Source of the DNA: Nitrospirota bacterium
Lineage (GTDB): Bacteria; Nitrospirota; UBA9217
Reading direction: 5' to 3'
NCBI GenBank assembly: GCA_963845065.1
Contig: CAWJQQ010000005.1
Location: 320,001 to 384,000 of the forward strand
Length of the DNA stretch: 64,000 bases
A program made the translations under genes and the position numbers. Below the pieces are notes generated by a model, which was not told the origin of the DNA, ran no database searches, and saw only the letters and a list, made by a program, of their open reading frames with translations. Positions 38,287 to 47,723 of the stretch are shown piece after piece (within the stretch, counting starts at the first letter, position 1; each line of letters opens with the position of its first letter).

Positions 38287-39312
38287 CTACATCATGACTT
38301 TTTTTAGAATTTGTTCATCATCGAGAACCTTGCCAGCGCCGAGGGCAACGCACGTAAGGGGGTCCTCGGCGATGATGATGGGAAGCGAAGTTTCTTCGCG
38401 GAGGAATACATCCATGCCTTTAAGCAAAGCGCCGCCACCTGCGAGGACAATGCCTTTATCGACGATGTCTGCCGATAGTTCAGGCGGCGTGTTCTCGAGC
38501 GCTTGTTTGATGCCGTTCAGGATCTGGCTGACAGGCTCGGCGAGTGCCTCACGCACTTCGTCGTCATCGAGGATGAGCGTTTTCGGGATGCCGGACACGA
38601 GGTCGCGCCCTTTTATTTCCATGGTCTGCCGGTTCGTGTCCACTTTGTAAGCTGAACCGAGTTCCAACTTGATTGATTCTGCCATCATTTCACCGATGAG
38701 CAAGTTATACTTGCGCTTAATGTAGTTGATAATTGCTTCGTCCATTTTATCGCCACCAACTCGGATGGCCTTGCTGTACACGACGCCGTCCATGGAGATA
38801 ACGGCGATGTCGGTTGTACCACCACCGATATCGACGATCATGTTTCCCGACGGCTCGGAGATCGGCAAGCCGGTCCCGATCGCGGCAGCCACCGGCTCCT
38901 CGATCAGGTAGACATCGCGGCCGCCCGAAGAAATGGCCGCGTCTTTCACGGCGCGCTGCTCCACTTGGGTGATGCCTGAGGGAACGCCGATGACGATGCG
39001 GGGTCGCATGAACGACTTCCGGTTATGGACGCGCTGAATGAAGTACTTGAGCATTTCACCGGTATAGTCGAAATCGGAGATGACTCCGTCCTTGATAGGA
39101 CGGATCGTTTTGACATCTCCGGGCGTCCTGCCGAGCATCCGCTTCGCTTCGGAACCTACGGCAAGGACTTTGCCCGTTTTTGCAGATATTGCGACGACCG
39201 AAGGTTCATTGCAGACAATTCCCTTCCCTTTGACGTACACCAGGGTGTTGGCCGTGCCAAGGTCAATAGCCATGTCGTTAGAAAACCAGCCCATGATGGT
39301 ATTGATAAACAT
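38287..39312 (-). CDS. mreB: Rod shape-determining protein MreB
   Basis: [31 protein letters not shown]. Confidence 0.98.
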   Translation of the reverse strand: MFINTIMGWFSNDMAIDLGTANTLVYVKGKGIVCNEPSVVAISAKTGKVLAVGSEAKRMLGRTPGDVKTIRPIKDGVISDFDYTGEMLKYFIQRVHNRKSFMRPRIVIGVPSGITQVEQRAVKDAAISSGGRDVYLIEEPVAAAIGTGLPISEPSGNMIVDIGGGTTDIAVISMDGVVYSKAIRVGGDKMDEAIINYIKRKYNLLIGEMMAESIKLELGSAYKVDTNRQTMEIKGRDLVSGIPKTLILDDDEVREALAEPVSQILNGIKQALENTPPELSADIVDKGIVLAGGGALLKGMDVFLREETSLPIIIAEDPLTCVALGAGKVLDDEQILKKVMM

Positions 39313-39443
39313 TGTATATAAAAACTCCTTTCAATTGTGACTATAACTCTGCGAGGTGTGGATGCTGCCGACATTTTGTTTCCAACAGGCCGTCTTTACG
39401 CAGTAAGTCGAACAAAGCCCGAACGAAATGCGTTCAAGAAACT

Positions 39444-39929
39444 TTATTCGTGCTCTTTTTGTTGTGCTGTTGCACCGAATGTCGATCCCTCAGAACGACG
39501 ATCCCGCTCGTGAGCCATAGCAGCTGCTTTTGCAGCATCCTGAACAACGATGGTCCTTGCCAACATGTCCCCGATGCGCATACCCCGTTCGTCGCCGATA
39601 GCAACCAGGCATTCCATGCCAATCATGAGGGGGCACAGAATCCAGCCAGCGTATGGTATTAAGAACAAGATATAGGCGACGGCAAGCGGAACATTTCTGA
39701 TGATCGATTCACGGTAGGTCACCGGAGGCCCAGTATCCTCCGACGAGGTCACCTGAAGGCCGATGAGCTTTTTCCCAATGCTTTTTCTATCGAATAGGCC
39801 GTCCCGGACGAGAATGTATCCCGCGGCGGACAAAAAACCGACTACATCCGGCAGCCTGGCCAGACCGATGATGAGCAGGAGGTCGACAAAACCTGCAACA
39901 GCTCTGGTTGTACGGTCTGCTCTTATCAA
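39444..39929 (-). CDS. RDD family membrane protein
   Basis: R..A.FVD, SIGKKLIGLQV, IIRN, RIGDMLA.T.VV. Confidence 0.85.
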   Translation of the reverse strand: MIRADRTTRAVAGFVDLLLIIGLARLPDVVGFLSAAGYILVRDGLFDRKSIGKKLIGLQVTSSEDTGPPVTYRESIIRNVPLAVAYILFLIPYAGWILCPLMIGMECLVAIGDERGMRIGDMLARTIVVQDAAKAAAMAHERDRRSEGSTFGATAQQKEHE

Positions 39930-40278
39930 GGACTCTCCTTAGTCTAAGCATACTATCAGAATAACAATGCGATTTCAAGCCAAAAAAGGCAAGGGATGCC
40001 TTATACAACTGCTGCAGTACCCTTGATAGGCATCAGCGGAGTAGCCTTCCGAAGCCGTGCCCAATCCAGATCAGTTAGCAATACAAGTAATTTACGAAAT
40101 AGGTACAGGGAAACAAAAGAGTCCGAACGAAGAAAATGAGCTAGAGCTTTATTGCACCGAAAGGTGTATATTAAAAAAAAATAAACAGAAAGATTTAAAT
40201 CCAGTTGCCTCCTTTGTAATCCGAAATAGAGGGCAAATACATTAGTGATAAAATTCCGCGAGATAAGGGAAGGATTAT

Positions 40279-40686
40279 ATGCTTGAAAAGCGTTCGGCAG
40301 GTGAGAATGTCTCGGCATATTGTACCAAATGCAGATTGATCAGGGATCATGTCATCGCAGCGATGGCAGGAGATGGGGAAGCGATCGAGAAGGTAAAATG
40401 CAGGACCTGCGGAAGCGCGCATAAATATCGGCCTACTGCAGATGTCAAGTCAGGAAAAGCCATAAAAAAAAAGGAAGACGCTATCAAGACGGCCGAACTA
40501 TTGTGGGAATCCTGCTTGGCCGAAGCGATTGGCAAAGAGCGCATCTATGAGATGTCCGGGAAGTACCGTATCGGAGATGTCGTCCTCCACAATACGTTTG
40601 GGAAGGGCATAGTCCGGAAGATCTACTTAAATAAATGCGACGTACTTTTTAAAGACAAAGAACGGCTGATGGCATCGACGAATTGA
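40279..40686 (+). CDS. Zinc-ribbon protein with C-terminal Tudor-like (UvrD/PcrA CTD-like) domain
   Basis: CTKC...CRTC...H; C-terminal YRIGDVVLHNTFGKGIV...VLF; GGAAGGA RBS. Confidence 0.7.
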   Translation: MLEKRSAGENVSAYCTKCRLIRDHVIAAMAGDGEAIEKVKCRTCGSAHKYRPTADVKSGKAIKKKEDAIKTAELLWESCLAEAIGKERIYEMSGKYRIGDVVLHNTFGKGIVRKIYLNKCDVLFKDKERLMASTN

Positions 40687-40807
40687 AAATTCTTTTTTGC
40701 CGCAGAATGGCACCGCACTTTCTACAAGAGGAGCGGGCGGTGTACTTCGCGTCCTGTCCACATCGCCTTCGTGGCGAAGTCATCTGAGCACTTATCCCAC
40801 CACCCCA

Positions 40808-41956
40808 ATGATCACATCAAAAATTCTCATCACCTGCCCAAAAGGCATTCCTCCATTCCTGAAACAAGAACTGCTTTCCCTCGATTTTCCGGTCCTTACC
40901 GAGCAGATTGCTGGCGTGGAAACAGCAGGTACGCTTGATGATACCCTGCTGCTCAATCTGCATATCCGTACAGGGCATCGTGTCCTTTATCTCATTCGAG
41001 AATTTAAGGCGAAGAACCCGGACGATCTCTATCAGAGTCTCTACGGCCTGAGCTGGGAGGAATTCATTCCCGAAGATGGCTATCTGTGCGTGACCTCGAG
41101 CGTTGATACGTCGAGCATTAGCGATTCGCGCTTCGCTTCGCTCCGATGCAAGGACGCCATTGTCGACCGGATCAGGACAAAACAGGGCAAAAGACCAGAC
41201 TCCGGTCCTGAGCGCAACAGGTCGGTGGTTCATCTCTACTGGAAAGACGACCGCGTCGCTGTATATCTTGACACCTCGGGCGAGCCACTCTCGCGCCGCG
41301 GATACAGGAAGATGCCGCTCGAAGCTCCGATGCAGGAGACGCTTGCGGCAGCAGTCGTGCTCGCGACGGGATGGGATGGCAGCACGAACTTTATCAACCC
41401 CATGTGCGGCAGCGGCACGCTCGCAATTGAGGCAGCCCTTATTGGCCTGAACCGGGCGCCAGGGGTTTTACGCAATAACTTCGGATTCATGCATATCAAA
41501 GGGTTCAAAGAAACGCTCTGGAATGATTTGCGTGGAAAAGCAAAGCAGGACGCGCAAAAAAACGTTACAGGAAAAATCATCGCTAGTGACATTAATCCCG
41601 CTGCCGTCGAGGTCGCTAGAAAAAATGCGGCAACAGCGGGCGTGGAACATCTCATTGAGTTTGGGGTGTGTAACTTCTCAGATACGGCTGTGCCAGAAGG
41701 CCGGGGAGTCATTGTTTTGAATCCCGCGTATGGTGAACGCATGGGCGAAGTCACCCGACTTGCCGAGGTATATAATGGCATCGGCAATTTTTTCAAACAA
41801 AAATGCAAAGGTTATCGTGGATATGTTTTTACCGGCAATTCCATGCTCGCGAAGCAGGTAAAGTTGAAAGCCACGAAAAATCTTCAGTTCTTTAATAGTG
41901 GCATCGAGTGCAGACTGTTCGAGTATGAGTTATATGAAGGCAGCAGAAAGAGATAG
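40808..41956 (+). CDS. THUMP-domain class I SAM-dependent RNA methyltransferase (RlmL-like)
   Basis: LDTSG.PL.RRGYR, APMQETLAAA, PMCGSGT, NPAYGER. Confidence 0.88.
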   Translation: MITSKILITCPKGIPPFLKQELLSLDFPVLTEQIAGVETAGTLDDTLLLNLHIRTGHRVLYLIREFKAKNPDDLYQSLYGLSWEEFIPEDGYLCVTSSVDTSSISDSRFASLRCKDAIVDRIRTKQGKRPDSGPERNRSVVHLYWKDDRVAVYLDTSGEPLSRRGYRKMPLEAPMQETLAAAVVLATGWDGSTNFINPMCGSGTLAIEAALIGLNRAPGVLRNNFGFMHIKGFKETLWNDLRGKAKQDAQKNVTGKIIASDINPAAVEVARKNAATAGVEHLIEFGVCNFSDTAVPEGRGVIVLNPAYGERMGEVTRLAEVYNGIGNFFKQKCKGYRGYVFTGNSMLAKQVKLKATKNLQFFNSGIECRLFEYELYEGSRKR

Positions 41957-42303
41957 AAACTAAAGTTACCGCTATTTTAATCTCCATCTATATTCTAACG
42001 GTCGCTTCTCGACGTTCCCTCCGTCTTTGAACGGTATACCAGAAAAATACCCTTACCTGGTGATTTACTTCGAATTTATACCACTACACAATAATGTCAC
42101 CAGCAGATAATTCTTTATCACTGATGTTGTAAGCAGTGGCAGAGTCCTTCAAGTCCGAGCGAGAGATTCATAATAAAGCCTTTGTTGCAAGCAGTTTCTT
42201 AGGCTGGGCAATAAACGTAAGAGTTGAAAGATGTCTGTTAGCGTGAGTAAGTTGGAACGAATGCCGGGCTATCTTTTGACAATCAATCTAAAAAGGTGGT
42301 GTG

Positions 42304-42890
42304 ATGCACCATGTGATAATCGGCGGCAGCGTCCCGGGAATTTCAGCAGCCGAAGCGATACAACAATATGATGCTTCAGCCGAGACTATCATGCTGTCTT
42401 CAGAACGCGTCAGACCTTATTCCCGTCCTATGATAGCATCAATTATTGGAAAAGATGACGTCAACATTTTTTTACGTGACAATCCAATTGAGAACCCTCG
42501 TATTCGAGCTCTCCAAGAAGAGGTGCTTGGCCTCGATGTCTCTTCAAAAGAGGCCATACTTTCTTCTGGACGCAGGTTAGGTTACTATAAACTATTGATT
42601 GCAACGGGTCGCGATGCGCCTATACCCGGTTCCATTCCAGGGTTACAAGGCTCCGACGTATTTACACTTCGTATCAGTGAGAATGCACACAACCTTCAAG
42701 ACGCTGTCGGAGAGGGGAAACGTCGTCGTGCTGGGAGGCGGATTTGTGGGTATCTAGGCCGCTCTCGCGCTGAAACGTCTTCTTCTTAACGTGACAATCA
42801 TTGAGAAGCTTAATCGGATATTATTTGAAAAGCTCGATAATCGAGGATCATCGATTATTGCCGACTTGTTAAAGCGCCAGGATATCATAT
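42304..42890 (+). pseudogene. Truncated FAD/NAD(P)-dependent pyridine nucleotide oxidoreductase
   Basis: IIGG...GISAAE, PYSRP, KLLIATG; after frameshift near 42718 VVVLGGGFVGI*AALAL...VTIIE; truncated. Confidence 0.75.
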
Positions 42891-42925
42891 CCTCCCCTGG
42901 GGTGATCCAATGAATTCTCCTTAAA

Positions 42926-43738
42926 TTAGTGCGCTCTGTTCAGCACCATACCCGCTAGGATCATAAAAATTACACAATCTGCAATAACATGGACTGCCCA
43001 TGGGGCCAGCATTCCTTGGCTGCGGCGACGTAAACTTCCCAGCATGATGCCATAAATAACCGTCATCATCACTCCCAACGTGCCGTTTGGAAAACCTTCT
43101 CGAAAGTGTAATGCACCGAAAAGCCAGGCTTGAACAAGAAGGGATAGAAACCCAGACCCTGCCGCGCTATCAAGTGCCTGTAAAATGATGCCGCGGTACA
43201 CGAATTCTTCAATGGCAGCATTTCCGAGAGAAAATACCAATCCCGCGAATGGGAACATCCAGACTGACATGTGTGGGAAGTGTGATAGTTGGACTGTCAG
43301 GTCGGGCCCGATCGCTCGGTACCATGCAGACAAGGCGATACAGGATATAATGACAATGAACAACCCGAGAAGTATAACGTCCCTGTTGAGGCGTCCGATG
43401 TGCATGTAGCATATGGTGGAACGCAGTTTCGGCACGGCGAGAGCAAGAGCACAATAACCGAGAAGGGGGATGAGCAAAAGAAAAGGCCACCCGTGCAGCG
43501 ATGGAAGCACATAAGACGCGGTGACAAAGGCTGTAGTAAACCAAGTCAGATGAAACGCCTGGAGTTGGCGTAACAGGACCGATGCGGCAAGAAGAACAAA
43601 AGACAGAGCTACAACCCATATGCTGGCTCGGTCCGAGAATGAAACAATGGTAAGGATAAACGTAGCTGCGAATATTATAATGATACCGCGCAGACTCGAG
43701 CGGGGTGGAGGATGGATTAGCCGGGAAGAGGCCTTCAT
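42926..43738 (-). CDS. CPBP family intramembrane metalloprotease (CAAX/Abi)
   Basis: Multi-TM; EEFVYRG, FGALH, H...D motifs. Confidence 0.88.
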   Translation of the reverse strand: MKASSRLIHPPPRSSLRGIIIIFAATFILTIVSFSDRASIWVVALSFVLLAASVLLRQLQAFHLTWFTTAFVTASYVLPSLHGWPFLLLIPLLGYCALALAVPKLRSTICYMHIGRLNRDVILLGLFIVIISCIALSAWYRAIGPDLTVQLSHFPHMSVWMFPFAGLVFSLGNAAIEEFVYRGIILQALDSAAGSGFLSLLVQAWLFGALHFREGFPNGTLGVMMTVIYGIMLGSLRRRSQGMLAPWAVHVIADCVIFMILAGMVLNRAH

Positions 43739-43774
43739 GGGAAATCACCAGTCATGCAGGCGGTTGTTTAACGT

Positions 43775-43820
43775 ATCGCCGCGAATTCCCTTTCCGAAAG
43801 GGAGGGGATGAAAGGCGACA
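43775..43820 (+). mobile_element. IS200/IS605-type left end
   Basis: TCGCC...CCCTTTCCGAAAGGGAGGG ATGAAA GGCGA nested hairpin directly upstream of tnpB pseudogene. Confidence 0.55.
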
Positions 43821-43869
43821 TTTTTGACAAGATTTGATCCATGTCCTATCTTTTACGGTACTGCATGCA

Positions 43870-44610
43870 ATGTTGAAAATAAAAACTTATAAGTACCGCC
43901 TTTATCCTACGAAAAAACAGACATTGATTCTCACTCAAACGCTTGATGCCTGTCGGATACTCTATAATTCATGTATCGTAGACAGAAAAAACGCATTTGA
44001 AAAGCCGGCAAAGGGCTTACCAGGATATGACAGCAAGAGATCCTTAAGAGCGACAAAACCAGAATAAATTCCCTTGATGGCATCCATTCCCAAGTCCTGC
44101 AGAATGTTTCGCGTTGACCGATCCTTTCAAAATTTCTTTCGCAGGGTTAAAGACAAGTCCGGGGATGCCGGTTACCCGAGGTTTAAGAGTATAGGGCAGT
44201 ACGACTCCATCTATTATCCACGGATTCCAGGGTTTTAGATAACGCCGCAGGGTCTTAAACTTTCCAAGATAGGAACCATCAAGGCAAAGCTTCACAGCCC
44301 TATCGTTGGAGATATCAAAACCTGCACGGTCAAAAGAGAACTCGACAAATGGTATGCCTGCTTCGGCGTTGAGTATGCGCCAATTCACAGACCTGCATCC
44401 GATACGACCGCGGGATAGACGTAGGCATCTATAACTTCGCTGTCCTTATTTCTACGGGCGAAGCGACAGAAAACCCCAGACACCTGCGAACTGCGGAGAG
44501 AAAACTCGAGAAGATGCAACACAGGAATTCCGCGAAGAATGCGGGCAGTTATGAGATAGGAGCGTCACGCGGTCTCCTGACTTCATGCCACGATCAACCA
44601 GCTCGGTGGC
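43870..44610 (+). pseudogene. tnpB: tnpB (IS605 OrfB) pseudogene, frameshifted and 3'-truncated
   Basis: KTYKYRLYPT..Q, CRILYN, HSQVLQ, SFQNFFRRVK..GYPRFK, LSKIGTIK, WYACF, G.DVGI in shifting frames. Confidence 0.85.
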
Positions 44611-44855
44611 GAGCACCGTCGCCAGCCGGTTCATTCCAGATAGAGAATTTCGTTCCAGAGAATTTCACAAAAATCGCACCCGGCGTCATTTTTGCACGTT
44701 TCTGCAGGACCTGATCAAGAGGCATGTAATCTTTTATCATGTGGATGAGTATACCATAGTCGCAAGAGCGGCAAAAGCCAAAAAAAGATAATTGGTAATA
44801 CGCAGCAGGCGCATGCGACCGACATCGGAGGGTGCCGACTGTGAAGGAATGGTCC

Positions 44856-44884
44856 TTGACAAGGACCGGGCAGTATTCTATCCT
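44856..44884 (+). promoter_or_regulatory. sigma70 promoter of tpx
   Basis: TTGACA-17bp-TATCCT. Confidence 0.55.
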
Positions 44885-44950
44885 TTTTATAAGAGTGCTA
44901 AGGTCCGTTTTTCAAGAAACAGGCAGGGGCATTTTTAAAGGAGGTACACA

Positions 44951-45481
44951 ATGGAACGAAAAGAGGTCGTCACCATGAAGGGAAAGCCGATGACGTTGAT
45001 CGGGCCGGACATCAAGCCCGGCGATAAGGCCCCGGAGTTTACAGTGTTGGATGGGACTTTGGGGGAAGTGAGGCTTAGCGACTTTGCGGGTAAAACGAAG
45101 ATTATCAGTGTAACGCCATCACTGGATACGCCGGTTTGTGACCTGCAGATAAGGCGCTTCAATCATGAGGCCGCAAACTTGCCACACGATGTTGTTGTGC
45201 TAAATATCAGCATGGACCTGCCGTTCGCGATCACTCGGTTCTGCACGACGGCAGAAATTGACCGGGCGAAAGCGCTATCGGACCATCGGGAAGCGTCTTT
45301 CGGCTCGATGTACGGTGTCCTGATAAAGGAGATGCGGCTTCTCGCGCGATCTATTTTTATTATCGACAAGGACGGTGTTGTCCGGTATAAAGAGATTGTT
45401 CCGGAGCAGACTAACCATCCGGATTATGACAAAGCGCTCTCTGCACTCATCATGATAACCAGCAAGGTAAAAGCAGCTTAG
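44951..45481 (+). CDS. tpx: Thiol peroxidase (atypical 2-Cys peroxiredoxin)
   Basis: PSLDTPVC, SMDLPFA..RFC, LARSIF, HPDYD; AGGAGG RBS. Confidence 0.95.
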   Translation: MERKEVVTMKGKPMTLIGPDIKPGDKAPEFTVLDGTLGEVRLSDFAGKTKIISVTPSLDTPVCDLQIRRFNHEAANLPHDVVVLNISMDLPFAITRFCTTAEIDRAKALSDHREASFGSMYGVLIKEMRLLARSIFIIDKDGVVRYKEIVPEQTNHPDYDKALSALIMITSKVKAA

Positions 45482-45511
45482 AGGGCCGACGGACTGGGAG
45501 AGTAGAGGTGT

Positions 45512-47198
45512 CTGACCTACCCCATGTCTAAAGACAGGGAGTTCTAACGGCAATACCGACAGGCTTTTCGGCAACAATACAGACATTGCCGGCATCGACT
45601 GTCGTTGATCCGTTTTTAACGGGCGAGCAGCTCTGTCTCCGGTTTGTGGTGTTAGCTCTCGTGTTGTCAATACCGAAGCTGGCCGGATGAACCCGACCAT
45701 TTGCCGCTTCATGCTGCACTCTCAACACCGCCCGTTCCAGGAGCAGGTTTGCACCCGGCCAGGCTGCTGCAGCCTGACGCGTGTCGAGGAAATCGTTAGA
45801 AACATATTTTGCGAGGTATGCGGAATAGAGATCACGCTGGCTGCTTGCCCCGCAGCTGCAGGCATGCCACCGTTGAGAGAGCGGTTTTTTGGCGACCGCT
45901 CCGCAGTGGCACGTCTGAGAAAGCTTTGTGCTCCGGGTAGAAAATTCAGTTACTTTACCGCCAGCGTTTTCGGCTTTGCGGCGAAGCATCGAAATAAACA
46001 TCCCCGGAGCGCGTCTTGAAATGCTCTTACCATATAGTTTCTGGAATGCTATGTACAACAGTTTCTCGGTCTTTATGTTGGTTCCGAGCTTAAGAATTTC
46101 ATTGGCGAGTTTGCCATGAGCTCGTTTTCTGGTTTCGGCCAAAACTCGCTGTAGTTCAGCTAGTTCAGCCTTAAGTGCAACGTATTTAGCGGAGAATATC
46201 CACCGCTTTTTACCCTTGCCGGCACCAGTCTTAGTCGTGCCGTCATCGTTGTAGTTGTCGAGGTTGGTAGCTCTCAGGCTTCTGTCCATCTTACGCTTGA
46301 CGTTTTTGATACGTTTAAACGGTATCTCGACTTCGGGGCAGAATTCGAGAAGCAAAGCATCAGTATCGCCAACAATGGCTGACGTGGACGGACCGATATC
46401 GAGGCCAACGGTTTCAGTGCCGATCATATTTTCACGCTTGATCTTGGCCGTGCCTTTTAGCACAAGTTGGGCGAACCAGCGGGGATTGCCGCGGATAGTT
46501 TTCTTCACCAGACGAACGTACTTGATATCATGGCTAAGAGCATGGGCTTGAACGCAAAACTTGTCTTTTTTGTCGAAGGTACACCTGAGGCTTAGCCCGG
46601 ACCACTCAACATGGTCATCGCACCACCGGATACCGGACTTGTTGTTTTTGCCTTCGAGCGAAGACATCCAGCCACGACGCTTGAAACGTGGTTTGCCATG
46701 CTTGCCGAACTCGTAGTCAGAGACGGCATCAAACGCCCTGGTCGCTATCTTCTGGGCGGTCAAGCTGTCAATGTGGTCACCGATCCAGCAGGAGTTACGT
46801 AGGATGCCGACGTAGTTGTGAATGTGGTATTCGGTATATTCAGCCTTGTTTCTGGCTGTCTTAAACATCTTGGTGCGAAGCTTGCTTTTCTTCTTCGTGA
46901 CTGCCACGAGCCATTATGGGGATCGGCGCATGGCGGCAAGACGCTTCATCGATTCACCAAGGCAGGCATTGTACAGATAACGGCCAGCTTCGAGCCGGAC
47001 ATCTAGCGTTCGATTATCCTTTGGAGTCACTACGAGTTGGAACTCGTGTACAAAAGATGGGGTTTTAGGTTTACGTTTACGAGGCATTGGTTGCTCAAAT
47101 ATACCACATAGATGTACATTTGGCTATTAATTGCCGAAAAACAAAGTTCCCGCATGCATCCCCATGGTTAAAACCAGGGGCTTTCTGCGGAGAGGTTG
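45512..47198 (-). mobile_element. IS200/IS605-family tnpB-only (IS1341-like) element, 1687 bp
   Basis: TTAC target at 47202-47199; left end with AAAG guide and hairpin CCCCTGGTTTTAACCATGGGG; right end GAAC-TCCCTGTCTTTAGACATGGGG-TAGG-TCAG. Confidence 0.85.
45528..47087 (-). pseudogene. tnpB: Large TnpB-family RNA-guided nuclease interrupted by one in-frame TAA (46914-46916)
   Basis: ATG 47087 (MPRKRKPKTPSFVHEFQL...LYNACLGE) is in frame with ORF 45528-46907; RuvC VGLDIGP / KTE / QRDLYSA; Zn finger CHC..CSC. Confidence 0.85.
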
Positions 47199-47202
47199 GT
47201 AA

Positions 47203-47246
47203 AAAGAAAAAGGCCGGTCTCAAGATACAATGAGGCCGGTCTTTTT
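47203..47246 (-). terminator. Rho-independent terminator of cold-shock gene
   Basis: AGACCGGCCTCA-loop-TGAGACCGGCCT followed by TTTTCTTTTT on minus strand. Confidence 0.75.
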
Positions 47247-47258
47247 ATAGTTTGATGC

Positions 47259-47459
47259 TTAGAGTTTTACAACATTCGCTGCTTTGGGCCCTTTGGGGCT
47301 GTCAACAACGTCGAACGTCACACCCTGACCTTCGGACAGGCTCTTGAAGCCGCTGTCCTGGATGTCAGAGAAGTGAACAAAAACATCTCCGCCGTCTTCT
47401 TTGGTAATGAATCCAAAACCTTTGGAATCATTGAACCACTTAACGGTTCCTTTTGCCAT
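47259..47459 (-). CDS. Cold-shock protein (CspA family)
   Basis: [15 protein letters not shown] (RNP1), DVFVHFS (RNP2). Confidence 0.97.
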   Translation of the reverse strand: MAKGTVKWFNDSKGFGFITKEDGGDVFVHFSDIQDSGFKSLSEGQGVTFDVVDSPKGPKAANVVKL

Positions 47460-47723
47460 TCAGGTTGAACCTCCTTCTGTGGGTATTGAAGATGACGGAA
47501 ATGCCATAAAAAAAACCGCAAAGCGTACAATCTTTGCGGCTCCTCTCACAACAAAGACTTCCGTACTTCGGTTGCAATAATCTCATAGTAACGTTTAAAA
47601 GTCAAGCACTTTAATGATGTTTCACACAGACGGTCCTTCATTTCACGAGAAGTATTGTGTACAATATGGACAGTCCCAAAAATGGAGGGTATACTTTTTA
47701 TAAGAAGAAATTAAGGAGACAGC

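Noticed and set aside
40709..40724. sigma54 promoter TGGCACCGCACTTTC
   Set aside because: The -12 element reads TTTC, missing the essential GC.
46914..46916. Recoded stop (Sec/Pyl) in tnpB
   Set aside because: The codon is TAA, which is not a Sec or Pyl codon; a nonsense mutation or sequencing error is simpler. The TAG in the 42304 pseudogene comes with a frameshift and truncation.
45528..47087. Nuclease-dead TldR-type repressor
   Set aside because: All three RuvC acidic residues appear intact and transposon ends are present.
43775..47198. Composite transposon carrying tpx
   Set aside because: The two tnpB elements are dissimilar and in opposite orientation, so they do not give a left-right end pair on one strand around tpx.
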